This document shows positions 12,601-25,406 of a stretch of DNA of 64,000 nt, piece after piece (the stretch's first letter is position 1; each line of letters opens with the position of its first letter). Position numbers and translations under genes: made by a program. Below the pieces are notes generated by a model. The model saw only the letters and a list, made by a program, of their open reading frames with translations, searched no databases and was not told the DNA's origin. Location: NCBI RefSeq assembly GCF_018350175.1, contig NC_058369.1, positions 4,154,001 through 4,218,000 of the forward strand, written 5' to 3'. The stretch comes from Felis catus. Taxonomy: Eukaryota.

Positions 12601-15600
12601 GTGATGACGTTTTGATTTTTAAGTATGGGCAGGAAAACGTGAAGTCTCTTAGGAGGGAACACCCTGTTACCTGGTTGTCCCATTAAACGTTAACGTTCAT
12701 TTCCAATCTTCGTGTTGGATGCTTGGATGTGGACTCGCCTGGTTCTTCCTGTTGTCATTTCTACCTTAACTCGTGAATATTTTTTGGTGAACCAGGTTTC
12801 TAAGAGCCAGGATCGCAAATCGGCCAGCAGAGAGAAGCGGTCTGTTGTGTCTTTTGATAAAGTCAAAGAGCCTCGGAAGTCGAGAGACTCTGAGTCCCGG
12901 AGGTGAGTCCGTGTCCAGCAGTGTTCCTGGTTTGCTTCTGTCTCTGGACTAGTCAGACCGTGTCACGGGGGCATATTTTCAGAGCCCCCTGTGGGTGGGA
13001 TATTGCTGTAAACCCTGTTGCTCCTTTAGCCTTCAATAGACTTGCTGTGCTCTTCCATCCTGTGGTTACTTTCAAATGATCTTCTCATGCAGACAGGCCC
13101 ATCTCTCGATGATTCTGGGAGGTAACGGCAGGGAGTTGAAAGGCCTAGCAGTGCTGGTTCACACACCCGGGGTGCCCCCAGAGCGGTTGGGAGAGAAACA
13201 GTGGGACACACGCAGGGAGAGAGCAGAGATGTCCCCATCCTTAAAATAGCTAAAGAAAAAGTCTCCGGAAAATTTAAAAGCTAAACACAAGCAGTACTGA
13301 ACACACTGTATGACAGTTTTTTTTACAAAGAAACGATTCTTAAACTATAGTTGAAAAAATAAACAGCGCTCGTAAAACTGGCAGAGTAAGAACGAGTAGA
13401 GGGGGCGAGGCACGGCCTTTCTGGTGTGCGTGCACTCACGGCTTCCTGCTGCGCAGGGACGGGCGCCGGACAGAGGGCCCTTGTGTTGAAGTGACGTAGG
13501 GCCACAGAGCTGACCCGTGCGCATGTGGGGACTTCATATGTCAGTAGTGACGTTTCTCACCAGGGACAAAAGGATGGGCTCTCCCATCCTTTAATAGCTT
13601 CAAGTCACTTGGCTATTCTTTTGGTCGGCCCTCTGGGTCTGCAGCTCCCGTCAGTGACAAAACAGTCCCCGTCAGCTGGTGACAGAACACAAACATGAAA
13701 GCTGACAACACCCGTATACAGCGGAAGTTGGTGCGTTCAAGAGTTGGGGGCCGGAAGGAGAGGTTGACCGAGAGAAAATGTAACTTCTGTCTGTACGTGA
13801 AAGATCCACGAGGGATGGGAATAAACGTGATGCGAAGTAAATGTAAGGAGGCAAAAAAAACCTGCTAGGAAACGGACAGGAGCGAGTTGACAGAAGGGAC
13901 GGGTCAGGTGCCGCGGGACTCAGGACGAAGGGAGGCTTCACTGGGCACCGGGAGCGCTCGTGGAAAGAGCAGTGAGACCAGTTTTTGCTTCTGCCGGTTT
14001 GGTTGGGTGCACTGTGTGCATTCCAGTGTGGTGGTCGGGGGCGCGGCCCCTGGAGAGGGATTCCGCGGAGGCCCGCGCGGCTAAGTCTAGTGCCCCAGGC
14101 CTAGAAGTGCCACTTCTCCAGACCTGCCCTAGAGGAACTTGTGCATGAGAAAGCCTCCGATTGTGTGAGGTTGTGAAAGTTAGGAGACCATCAAAAGGTC
14201 TGCCTCTGGGTGCTGCTTGTATAAACCGTGGCCTGTCCGCTCCACGGGGCCCTTCCTGAACCCTTGCCCTCGACCTGTAAAGGCGGATGTGGGAGGGCCT
14301 GGACGTGTCGCATTAATCAAGGAGGCTGTAGCCATTCTTGTCCAAAACCCGGCAGTGAGGCAAGAGTATGCGTTTCTGCCGGTGTAAGTAGGTGTCTGTA
14401 AAGGCGTAGCAACGGGTGGAAAGGGGACAATGTGGCCACTGTCTTCCATGTCACACGTACAGGGACTGGCAGGAAATGCGCTGGGGTGTAGCTGGTGTCC
14501 CTGACAAGAGCAGAGCTGGCCGCGCCCTCGGGCTGCGTGGGCTCCCCGGCCCTTTGCTCGGCCACCACGGGCTGCCTGTCGGTAAACTCCTCTGAGTTTA
14601 CAAATATTGTCAGGATTTCAATTCTAGTGCACTCGCCCCATCCCGGGGTGACTGAAGCTCATTTAGGGACAAGAGGTCCTGACCGAGACTTAATTTCCTG
14701 TGGCAAGTGTGTTCTGTTTCTTATTTTTAATGGACTGTTTCATGGAATCAGATGTTGATCCGCAGAAAAGGTTTTGGGAAGTGAGGTTCAGCTCCTATCC
14801 TAGAAGAGCCCCTTTGTGCCCGTGCCTCTCTGCTCTGATTCCCGCCGGCCGGGGACCGAACTGGGGGGCACCGAGCCGGCGGCGGAGCCCGTGCCGGCAC
14901 CTCGGGGCTGCCGCCGCACCGACGCCCTGGCCGGTCGGGAAGGCGCGGCCCCGGGGCCGCGTTTCTGCAGCTCCCGGGGCCGGTCCGCGCTCCGGGCGGG
15001 CGGGAGCCGTGGCTCCCGTGTCCCGGCCGCCCGCCTGGCCGGGTGATGCCACCGGCACCGCGGCCCCTCCAGCAGCTGCTCTCCCGCAGGGTGCGCGAGC
15101 GCAGCGAGTGGGAGCAGCGCATGCAGGCGCAGTGGGAGCGGGAGGAGCGCGAGCGGCTGGAGATCGCCCGCGAGAGGCTGGCCTTCCACCGCCACCGCCT
15201 GGAGCGCGAGCGCATGGAGCGGGAGCGGCTGGAGCGCGAGCGCATGCACGTGGAGCACGAGCGCCGGCGGGAGCAGGAGCGCATCCACCGCGAGCGCGAG
15301 GAGCTGCGGCGCCAGCAGGAGCTGCGCTACGAGCAGGAGCGGCGGCCCGCGGTGCGGAGGCCCTACGACGTGGACGGCCGGTGAGCCTAGCTGCCCTTAG
15401 CCGCCACCCCGGAGGCGGCCTGTGGCCTTTAGGATCGGGTGAGGGTCCCCCACGTCGCGCTTCCGCGAGATTCTCGTTTCAGAGGCCGCACGCGTACGGG
15501 CTACAGCTCGATTTGACGTCCTGTTGTTCGTCGGGCACCTGAGATCGTTAGGGGTCAGTGGGGAAATGGGTAGAGCAGCGCCTAAGAAAGCCTCACGTTC

Positions 15601-18600
15601 AAGTCCTAGCACAGAACCCCCGAGGGAAGGGAGTTCTTCAGCCCGGGGCCACATGCGAGTCAAGTGCCGAGGGGGGTGACCCGCGACCGGAAGAAACTTC
15701 CTTTAGGCCTCTGTGTAGGCTTTGTCATCGTAGCCGTGTGTTGTGGCTCGTTTCCAGTAATATTAACTTAAATTCCCTGGACATACCGACATGACTTGGG
15801 CATACTCCAACGCTAGCCCCAGTGAAAAACGGGCCCGGTTTCAGTCCTTGCTGGTGGGAGTCCAGGGTGGTAATCCCAGCACTGATACGACCAGCTTTTC
15901 TGCACGCATTGCCACTCGGGAAGAACCACGTTTTGTATTCCTCCCTCTATCGTGTGGATATTGCATGGATTGTGTGTAATATCCCGCAAGACTTCTTTCG
16001 AGGGCCTTCAGGCTCTTTTAGGATTTTTGATGCCTTTGTGCAAAACACCGCTGCTGGGAGTCCGTTACGGTCATGCATGTTTTTGAAACAGTATATTTCA
16101 GGTGCCTCTCAACGTCCCCCCACTGGTGTCTTTGCTGGGTTAAGTCCACGTTGGAGGAAAAGAGGTAGTGCACTGAGGAGAGCTGGGGGTCACGACTCTC
16201 GCTTGCTGTCCTGGTAGATTGAGGCCGTGTGCTGTTCCCGGAGGCGACCTGCGGGTGTGCAGGTGTGCCCACGTCCCCTCCTGTTAGGGAAACCAAAGCT
16301 CTTCTCTTTAGGGTCAAGTGAGGCTTGTTGGATAGAATAGAAGGGGGTCCTTCAGTCGGATCCCACATCACCCTACTGGCCCCTCTCGGCTTGTGTAGCA
16401 AAGACAAAAAAGTTAATTCTCATTCTGTGGAATGATAGGAGCCAGGGACAGTTTGAGGGTTCAGTTCACCAGCTCCGCAAAGGTTATGAACTTGAAGGAG
16501 AAATTATATCACTTCTTTATTCCCCCTCCAGGCGAGACGATGCCTACTGGCCGGAAGCAAAGCGGGCCGCTCTGGATGAGCGCTATCATTCTGATTTCAA
16601 CCGCCAGGACCGTTTCCATGACTTTGACCACAGGGACCGGGGCCGCTACCCTGACCACTCTGTCGACAGGTCAGCCAGGCTCCCAATGACCCTGCCCATT
16701 TGTACAAGTTCTCTTTTCCTCTCGTTCTGAATGATGAAGGACTAGGGTTGGCCTTTCTAGGCTTTGAGACCTTCAGGCTGTGAATAACCTGGGTTCGGTT
16801 TGGGAAATGTTTTCTATTGGGGGAGGGGGTGTCTAGCCGACCTACCTTCTCTTCTTATGTTTTCATTTAAATTTCCTTTTTCAGGAGAGAAGGTTCAAGA
16901 TCCATGATGGGAGAAAGAGAAGGACAGGTGAGTCAGAAACTTGAGTTGCAGCCACGGTTTTTGCCGTGGAATCGATTCTGTCTCCGTGCTGTCTCCCTCC
17001 TCAGCTGAGGTTCGTTCACTTCTGAATAGCGAAGTAGCTAAATGCCGTATCTGTATCAGTGTCTAAGGAGCCTTGGGTGAGTCTGAAGGGTTCCATCGTC
17101 ACCGTCTGCACAGCTCAGCCCATGAGAGGCCAGGGGCCCGTGCTTTGCAGGACTCACATGTTAAAAAATATGCTGGAGTTTCTTCTTTTACTTGTCGAAC
17201 GTTTAGATTAAGAACTTCTCCACGTCGCGCTGACTCTTTAGTGGGTTTACTTGGAATATCGGGGGGTGCGGGGAGGAATTCCGGAAGGTTGTGGTCAGGG
17301 CGGCATGGGGGCACAATTGCTGCCCGTGAGTTTCCTTTCCCTGCTGGAGCGCGGCTCTGTCTGCCCTCCTTCCTCGCTTCCTGAGGGCGTGGCTGGGGAC
17401 TTCGTAGTCCTGGCCGTACCCAGCGGGTCCCCTGCTACCTCCGGAGCGGTCGTCGCGTACCTCTTTTTCCTCTTCTTGGAGGTGAATCTGAAGAGCAACT
17501 GAATCTACACTCGCTCTTGGCGGTTCTCTTTGGGGAAGTGGGGCTCGGTGGTTAGATGTCCAGGCTCTGGAACCAGAATCAGAGTCGCATTCTGGTGTCA
17601 GCACTGTGCTGAGCACGTGTCTCCCAACTCTGAAGTGAGGGTGCTCACTGCCCCCTGCTCAGGGTGTGGGGGCTAAATGGGTTGACAGCCATGTCTACAC
17701 CGGTTGGCCCGGCTCCTGACACGCAGCTGCTAATCCCTGCCTGCTCTCTCCTGCCGCTATGGGCTGAAGCGCTCCCAAACCTGAAAGGATGTTTTCTCTT
17801 GTGTGTGCTGTCCTTAGTAACCCTGGTGCTGCCCTGGATGCAGGCAGTGACATGGGACACAGAAGGGGACACGAACACAGGCTCTCAGGGTCTTGCTGAG
17901 CCGTTACACCAGCTGGTCAGTGGGCAGGAGAGTGTGGCTACCCTGTGAAAAACCGGGCAGAGCTAGAGATCGGCTTTGTGCAAAGTGTTCTCTGTCGGTT
18001 CGGTGTCTTCGGAAGGCTGCCGAGAAAAGCTTGCTTGTTCGGAAATATTTGCGTTTGTTGAAAGGAAGTGGTCTGAATCATGAGCTGTTGTTTTTTTTGT
18101 TGTTTTGTTTTTTTACAAGCTGGTGTGTCCTGCAGGTTCCTTATGGAAGTGGGGCTTTGGGGTCTCATTTAAGCAGCTGTTGTCCTGCCCGGACACTTTG
18201 GCTTTGGCTTTGTGCCTGGAAGGAACAGTGCTGTGTTTGTCCATCTGGTACAGTTGAGCCCCACCTCCCCCACTTTGGTTGAGGGAGGTGTCCGCACACA
18301 TTTGGGAACGCGAGGCCCGTGGAGGCAGGAGGCGGAAGCACACGTGGCCAGGGCTCCTGTGTGACAGGCTGGCCCCGGCTACGGCCCTGGCGAGCTCCTG
18401 GCTTAGCAGGCGCAGAAGCGCGGACGCGTGCAGCCACAGGGCAGCCGGAGCATCCATCCAAGAGGCTTCATTACCAGGACTCCTTTCTAGGCTTTCTCGC
18501 TTAGAATGTGGTCTTGGGGCAAAAGACCACAGGGCTACAGATTGGGTTTGTGGGATCATGAGAGCAACGATGGAGCCGAAGCCGCCTCACCAGCTCCCTA

Positions 18601-20500
18601 AAGCTCGGGGCGTCCTTCCGGCAAGCAGGGCAGGCTTCGGGTGAAGGGCCAGTGGTGAGCGTTTGTTGAGAACAGCATTTCCTAGAACGAGAAACAGCCA
18701 TTCCTAGAAGGGCTCTCTCTTCCGTCCTTCCGATGGCACGTAGAACAGGGCCAGGCCAGCAGGTTCCACGGACCACGCCACAGAGTGGCCGGTGGTCGGT
18801 CCGGTGAGGCGCCAGGTCTGGGGTGAGTGTGAAAGGATCCCTAGTGGCCGTTTGGTTCTGGAGGTTCCTAGGGGCTAGAGCACCGGGCCTGGGTGCACTG
18901 CTTGTCTGTCTGTTCCTGGCACAGGGCGGCCACTAGGCCCCAGCGCCTTCTCTCCTTCGGTGCCTGAAGTCTCTCCTTTTGGATTAGGGTGGATCTCATC
19001 CCTCGGTTTCTTTCTCCGTTGTTTACATTCTTCAGTTTTCCTCACTTGTCCGTGAGCAGACTTCGAGGATGTGGCTGTTGAGCAAGCCGAAATGGCCTCT
19101 GTGGCACACGACCGTGTGTAGAATGCTCGCCAGTGCTTCTGAGTTACTGTCACTGTCGTCGTCATTATCAGCTTGTTGGCCCCAAGGCCTTGGGATCCAA
19201 GCTTGATACCGAAGCCTTCTTTCTGTTCTGGCTCTTTCACGTCCAGCATTACCCTGAACGCCACGGAGGACCAGAGCGCCATGGGCGGGACTCCCGGGAC
19301 GGCTGGGGATACGGCTCTGACAAGAGGATGAGCGAGGGCCGGGGGCTGCCTCCTCCACCCAGGTTTGTGTCCCACCCCCCACAGCACCTGCAGGGGCCTC
19401 ACACGCCCCTGGCAGGACCGGTGTGTGTTCCTGAGGATCCCTGGCTCAGGGAGAGAGGATGGGGACCGGGAACACAGAACGCGAAACCCACCTTCCGGAA
19501 CCCGTGGCGCCTGCTATTCTGCAAGGCGCAGAGGGGGCAATCCAAATCAGAGGCATCTTTTCCTAAGGGGCAGACGTGACTGGGGGGACCACGGCCGAAG
19601 AATAGAGGATGACCGTGCGTGGCAGGGTGCTGCTGACGGAGGCATGGTAGACAGGGACCACAAGAGGTGGCAAGGTGAGGACTGGCTCTCAGCCGGGGAC
19701 GTGTCTGTCTTCGTGGGGGAGCACCTGGAAGGCTCAGCTCCACCTGCTTTACGCCCGTCTTTGCTCGTCTCCCTGCTTCTCGAGGGCGGGAACGGCTTCC
19801 TCTGCTGTCCCTCCTTGGGGTCCTGCTCATTACTGGCTGGATGTGGGGAGGGAGGGCGAACGGACAGAAGCCGTCTGGCACGGGAAGAGCGATGTGGGCA
19901 CAGGTAGCTCCTCTCTGCCGCCGCTCGGCGAGGACGGCCGGCGTGTGCATCCGCGGGGGCCTGCGGGGTCTGGGTCCGCTGGGTGGCTCAGGAAGGGTAC
20001 TGGAGTCACGGGAGCCCCGCGTCGGTGTCCTCTGCGCTCCACGTGCGCTCCACGGTGCGCAGAGGCACCGTGTGACCGGCATCTCTCGTCTCGCAGGTGG
20101 CGAAAGGAGTATGTCCGGGCACTCTGGGCCAGGTCACATGATGAACCGGGGAGGGATGTCAGGGTAAGGTGTTGTGCCGCCCGTCCAGCTCAGCCCTCTC
20201 CCCTCTGCACGGTGGCCCGCCTGGGCCACCCGTGTGCGAATGGTCCGGGAGGCGCCCCACCGACCTCCTCCCTCTGCCCGCTGGAGGCGCTGCTCCCGGA
20301 ACACGGGGGCGTGTGGGGCGGGCCCCTCGGTCCCGGGAACGACACGGGAACCGTGTGTGTCGTGTCGTAGGCGCGGCAGCTTCGCCCCAGGCGGGGCCTC
20401 GCGGGGCCACGTGATCCCACGCGGCGGAATGCAGGGTGGATTCGGAGGCCAGAACCGGGGGAGCCGCCCCAACGACACCCGCTTCACTCGCCGCTACTAA
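1970..20500 (+). CDS. SAFB: Scaffold attachment factor B1, 3' portion (N-terminal SAP-domain exons lie upstream of the window)
   Basis: GT-AG exons in consistent phase: 1970-2032, 4713-4740, large acidic exon (visible 5754-6115, both ends in N-gaps), 6612-6661, 7500-7594, 9313-9462, 9540-9622, 9970-10109, 10274-10362, 12796-12902, 15090-15380, 16532-16669, 16885-16927, 19247-19362, 19568(or 19574)-19674, 20097-20163, 20371-20500 (TAA). Encodes an RRM ([10 protein letters not shown]...RCYGFVTM), an R/E-rich coiled coil and a G/R-rich tail ending FTRRY. The segment [24 protein letters not shown] and adjacency to MICOS13 favour SAFB over SAFB2. Confidence 0.95.
3620..3678. repeat. (TG)n microsatellite
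   Basis: About 29 uninterrupted TG units in a SAFB intron. Confidence 0.95.
5242..6552. other. Cluster of four assembly N-gaps (5242-5485, 5604-5753, 6116-6257, 6397-6552) around the large SAFB exon; further gaps at 20575-20715 and 37606-37737
   Basis: Runs of N seen directly. Confidence 0.99.
10410..10606 (-). mobile_element. Can-SINE (tRNA-derived)
   Basis: T-rich tail, (GA)n tract, reverse complement of the tRNA-like head. Confidence 0.85.
11040..11560. mobile_element. Old LTR remnant, MER21-like
   Basis: Segments such as CTCACAGCTAAGATT...AAGGATACACAG resemble the MER21 family as I recall it; boundaries approximate. Confidence 0.45.
11834..12512. mobile_element. Cluster of three Can-SINEs: 11834-12053 (-), 12069-12282 (-), 12336-12512 (+)
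   Basis: SINEC_Fc-type bodies; target sequence AAGGAGTTTA(G/T)TTTA repeated at 11819, 12054 and 12286. Confidence 0.9.
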
Positions 20501-23500
20501 GCGCTTGGATTCCTGTGTTCTGTCACGTGGCAACAAGAGTATGTTCTGTTAGGAGTTTCTCTTAAACTGTGTACNNNNNNNNNNNNNNNNNNNNNNNNNN
20601 NNNNNNNNNNNNNNNNNNNNNNNNNNNNNNNNNNNNNNNNNNNNNNNNNNNNNNNNNNNNNNNNNNNNNNNNNNNNNNNNNNNNNNNNNNNNNNNNNNNN
20701 NNNNNNNNNNNNNNNCTCTCTTCATTTCACGTGTTTTTGTAAGTTGAATCACACTCGGCATTGCTTACTTAGTCATGGTTCTTCCTTCGGGGAAGGAGGA
20801 CGGAGGACGGACGGGGGCAGCTTTAAAGGGACCATTAAGGTTTCCGGAAGCAGTCTGCTGGTGGCGCTCACCTGCCGCCTGCTGAGCCTGGGCCGTTTTG
20901 TCCCTCTTCCTCCGGGGCCTCTGATTTACGCCAGAGCTTTCTGTCCCCCGCACCCTGCCTCCCATCCCTGGCTCAACAGGCCGCTGTGCTTTTCTTTTAA
21001 TCGGGTGAAAGACATCATGTGAAATTTACCATTTTAACCATTTTTAGGTAGACAGGCCCGTGGCAATAGCGTAGGCACACCGTTGTGCCACCACCACTGA
21101 CCTCCATCCACAGAACCTTCTATCTTCCCAAACACAAACCCTTATACGCTGCTCCCCAGCACCCACCTTCTACTTCCTGTCCCTGTGGCTTTGACCCCCT
21201 AGGATCTCCTGAGTGGAACTGCATCCTGGGGTGGAGGGGGCGGGGGGGGGGGGAGCGAGAACACAGTGTGGTGCCGAGGTGTGCACCTGGGACCGTGCTG
21301 CCAACTCACGTGGTCCACAGGCTCCCTTGCTGTGGCTCCCAGGTCTTGCAGGGGGAGGGGGTGCAGGGGAGGTGTGGAGGGAGGTCCAGCCCACCCACGT
21401 AGGACACCGGTAGCGCAAGGGAGGCCTGCTGCTGCTTGGTCTGTGGGAACCAACCAAGGCTGGTTGCCCCTCTGGGCTCCCGTCTTTGACACGTCCAAGT
21501 AGGGTCTGGCCCTGTTTCGGGCCTGGGGATGCCCAACCACTGGGGCAGCCTGGGCTCCTGTCCCCCCACAACCCACAGCTAGGGGGAGACAGACATGAGA
21601 TCAAGCCCTCAGATGTGGGGGGCCAGACGAACCCCCTCTCCGGAGGGGCTGCAGACGACCCCACGCCAATCGCTGGAACCTGGACATACGGCACCTAACG
21701 TGGCCAAGGGGCTTTGCAGATGAGATTCAGTTCAGGACCCGGAGACGGAGAATTCCCTGGGGTTACCAGTGCCACCACCAGGGTCCTCACGGGGGAGCGG
21801 GGAGGCGGGGAAGCCGGAGACCGGCAGACTACACGGCCGGCTTTGGAGACGAAGCGGCCTTCATCCCAAGGAGTGCAGTGGCCTCTAGAAGCCGAAAAGG
21901 CAGGAAATGGATTACTCCCCCTGGAGCGCCCAGAAGGAGCCAGCCCCGTCCACACCTGCATCGTAGCCCAGCGAGACTCGTGTTGATCTGTGGTGCAGTC
22001 AACATGGGTTGCATCAAGCCCCTCAGTCTGGTCGCTGGTCACAGTGGACACGCGACTGCTACAAACTCCCGAGGCCGTGGTTAGCTGGGATGACCGTCCC
22101 CAGTGGGCAGACACCCGGCAGCACCTGGAGACACCTGTGGCTGTCGGGACTGAGGAGACAGGGTCTGCGGGTATTTGGGGGGGGGGGGGGTGCTGCTCGA
22201 CACCTACGGTGCCCAGGCTGGTCCAAGCACATGAGATGCTGAGCTGGGGAGACGCGGCCCCGAAACGGTAAGTGCCATGATGGGACACCCACAGGGCGGT
22301 CACGAGGCCCAGACTCAGCCCCGGGGTGGGAAGGAGGGATCAGGGCAGACTTCCCGGAGGAGGCGGAGGCCGAGCTGTATGTGGGCAGAATGAGTAGGGT
22401 CCGGAGGAAGGGTGGCAGGAGGGCTGTGGTGAAAACCAGCTGTGTTGTAGGAAACGGCCCTTTGAGGAGTCTGGGCTCAAGGGGAGGGCAGCAGGGAGCC
22501 ATGGAAGGTTTCTGAGTAGGGCAGTGACCCGACCTTGGGACATTGGGAAACAGATTGAAGGGGCAGGTGGGAAGACCAGGGAGGTGGTCTTGGCACTGGT
22601 GACAGATACAAGGGGACGGAGGAGTTTGGGTCTGGCTGCACGAGGGGATGGAGGAGTCACGAATGGCGCCCCAGTCTGCAGGCTGGTGGCTGGGTCCGTG
22701 TGAGCAGGGTGCCAGCAGCCGGCTGACCCCTGGCCCGGGCTGTGGGTGCACACCAGAGCTTGTTTCGGGGGACGCCCCCCATCGTGCCCCCAAACACAAG
22801 AGCCATCCAGGCAAGCAGGAAAGCTGGCGGGGGGCCAACAGGGTAGACGGAAACCTCAGGCTTGGGGAACCTTGTGGGCCATCCCCCCAGGGCTGCCGGG
22901 AGCCTGGGGGGCCTCGAGCAGCCGGAGCAGCCGGAGCGGCGCCCTGGGGGTATCGGATCTCCTCCGTCAGGTGACCCAGCCCTGCTTGCTCTGCGCTCTC
23001 CTAACAGGTGCATCTGCCTCAGCCCGTTTCCTCAGCTGCCCCGGGCCTGGCTGTGCGCAGCCGTGGGGGTGGCCGGGTGCTTCCCCAAGCCCTTCCTGCC
23101 CACCCAGGCCGCCCCAGGCCACCTCCGCCTTTTCGGAGCCCCCGCTTCACGGCCCCCTCCCCACCTGACACAGGTGCGTCCCGCAGGGACGGCAGTCGCT
23201 CCCGTGACCAGCCCTACTGATGCCAGCCGGCAGAGACGCTGCCCAAAGCCCAGAACTCGAGGGACCTGCGGGACTCAGCTGCCTGGATGGAGGTGAGGGG
23301 CCCCGGAAGGGCCGAGCACGTTCCCAGGGTGGCCCATTAACGACCTGCCTCCAAAGGCTGGTTTCCCTTCCTGTGTGCTCCGCTGGGAGTTGTTCAAGAG
23401 CACGGCAGGGTGGCCCTGGCAGGCCTCTCTCCCTCCGGGTCTGCCTCGCCTTGTGAAATGGTGGTGAGGGTAACGGGAGGGTCGTGAGGACGCAAGGAGC

Positions 23501-23569
23501 CTCACGTGACACGTGCTACAGCCCTAGCTTCGCGTGCCCTGAGCACAAACCCTCCAGTTTTCAAAGGCC

Positions 23570-23777
23570 TTTTTTTTTTTTAAGTTTATTTTGAGAGAGT
23601 AGGGGAGGGGCAGAGACAGAGAGACGGAGAGACAAAGAGACAGAGTGAGCATCCCAAGCAGGCTCCACTCTGTCAGCGCAGAGCCCGACGTGGGGCTTGA
23701 ACTCACGAACCACGAAATCGTGACCTGAGCTGAAATCAAGAGTTGGACGCTTAACCGACGGCGTCACCCAGGCGCCC
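23570..23777 (-). mobile_element. Can-SINE with 25-26 bp target-site duplication
   Basis: Direct repeats at 23544-23569 and 23778-23803 flank a full-length element. Confidence 0.9.
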
Positions 23778-25282
23778 CACAAACCCTCCAGTTTTCAAAG
23801 GCCCAAGATTGGGTCATGGGAGTGAGGCAACTGGAAATCCTGTGCCCAGGGGAGGGCGTGAGCTAACTACCTACTACCTGGGCTCCAGGCGGAAGGAGCA
23901 GGGCTTGGACCCGGCCACGCACGCGGGTTTCTCCATCTGTACGATGGGCCCCCCATCTGCTTCCTTCCCTGTAGAAGGGCTCCGTGGATGGGGGGGGGGG
24001 GTCAGGCTAGGGTGCGTTACCGGGCTCACCTCTGAACCTGGGCTTGCTCCCTCCTGGGAGGTCCCAAGGATCAGGGATGTTCCCCGGCCCCACTCGTCCC
24101 GCCCTTGCCCTAGACTTGCTCCTACCCCTGCCACGGCCCAGGCAGGATGGGAGGGGCCCACTGGCCACGGGGGGGGGCCACCTACACTGTTCCTGGAAAG
24201 CAGAGTGGCAGGTCACTTTGGGCTCTCCCTCCCCAAACGCAGCAGGCCAGGCCACCCATCCCCTACCACACTCCTCCCCACACCTCCCGTGGACCTGCGC
24301 CAGCTTCTCATCCCCGAAGGGCCTGCAAAACGTCGTGGCTTCTGGTCTCTGCGTTCCTCACGTGGAACCGCCGTCCTCTCCTTGCTCATGGGCCTAGGGG
24401 AGCCCGACCACTAGACCAAGCCACAGAACTCCCACAACTCTCAGGCACGGGGGATCCCATCCCAGCTCAGGGCACCATTACCCAGGCCTGGTCTCCGCTC
24501 CTGGAGCAGCAGCCCGGGCCAGTCTCTGCCTCCCACCCAAGCCCGCGGCCGACTGCCCGTCTGGGGCACAGGTTTCCTCCTGCTGCCATCACGGTGGGAT
24601 GCCCTCGGGGCTGGGAGTATTTTCAGGGTCCGCCCTCTTGTCCCGCCAGGTGGGGAAGAACACTCAGGTCACCAGGCAGCCGATCCAGGGCAGAAAGGCT
24701 TCCCAGGGGAGCAGGGGACGCTGGGAAGGCAGGACCTCTGTGGGCCGGGGAGCCCCCTCCACTGCAATGACCGTGAAGCCTGCGGTCCCCAGGAATCCCC
24801 AGACCATGGGGGATTGAGGGTGGAAAGCAGGCAAGGGAGGGCCAGGACTAGACTAGACACGGGTGATCAGTGAGCTGAGCCAGTCAGAGATTGGGCGGCC
24901 ACACGAGCTCCCGGCCACGGAGACAGATGAATTCTGCTCACTCTGCCGAGTCCCCACCTCCAGACCGCCCCATCAGGGGCTCAGCCCTCCGCAAACTGAG
25001 ACCCCCAACCTGGGCGGGCCATCAGCACTTGCTCATTCCTGGGCCCGGAGCACTGCCTACAGAGCACCAGGGCCAAGCGTCGGCTCTCAACCCCCACACC
25101 AGGCTGGGGACTCAGCGGGCAGGGCCCAGACAGCAAAGAGGTGAACCAATGCCTGTGGTCAAAGTTAAGCTCTGACGAGCCGCTAGGCACCAGAAGGAGC
25201 CCAGGTCCCTGCGCTCTGGCATCAGCCGGGCCACCCCAAGCCCCTAGGGCAAGCACACGGGTCGGGAACACTTCCAAAGTCC

Positions 25283-25288
25283 TTTATT
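25283..25288 (-). terminator. MICOS13 polyadenylation signal AATAAA
   Basis: tttatt on + strand, about 120 nt downstream of the stop codon. Confidence 0.8.
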
Positions 25289-25406
25289 GGGCCAGCAAGG
25301 CCGGGAGCTGCCCTTGGCGTGGGGTCTCAGTCCCAGTCTGGAGTCTCCAGCTCTATGGCATCCCTGCCCCTGTTCCTGGCTGGGGCAGGTGGCCTCCTCT
25401 GACAGG

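Noticed and set aside
14748-15542. Long ORFs (162-280 aa) in other frames and on the - strand over the SAFB R/E exon
   Set aside because: Shadows of a GC-rich repetitive coding exon and CpG island; low-complexity translations with no independent gene structure.
17100-17616. 137-aa - strand ORF in a SAFB intron
   Set aside because: No recognisable domain or splice structure; more likely a decayed old repeat or chance.
20760-25260. Many 100-260 aa ORFs between SAFB and MICOS13
   Set aside because: GC-rich intergenic DNA with old L1, L2, MIR and MER20-like remnants; no coherent exon chain or known protein similarity.
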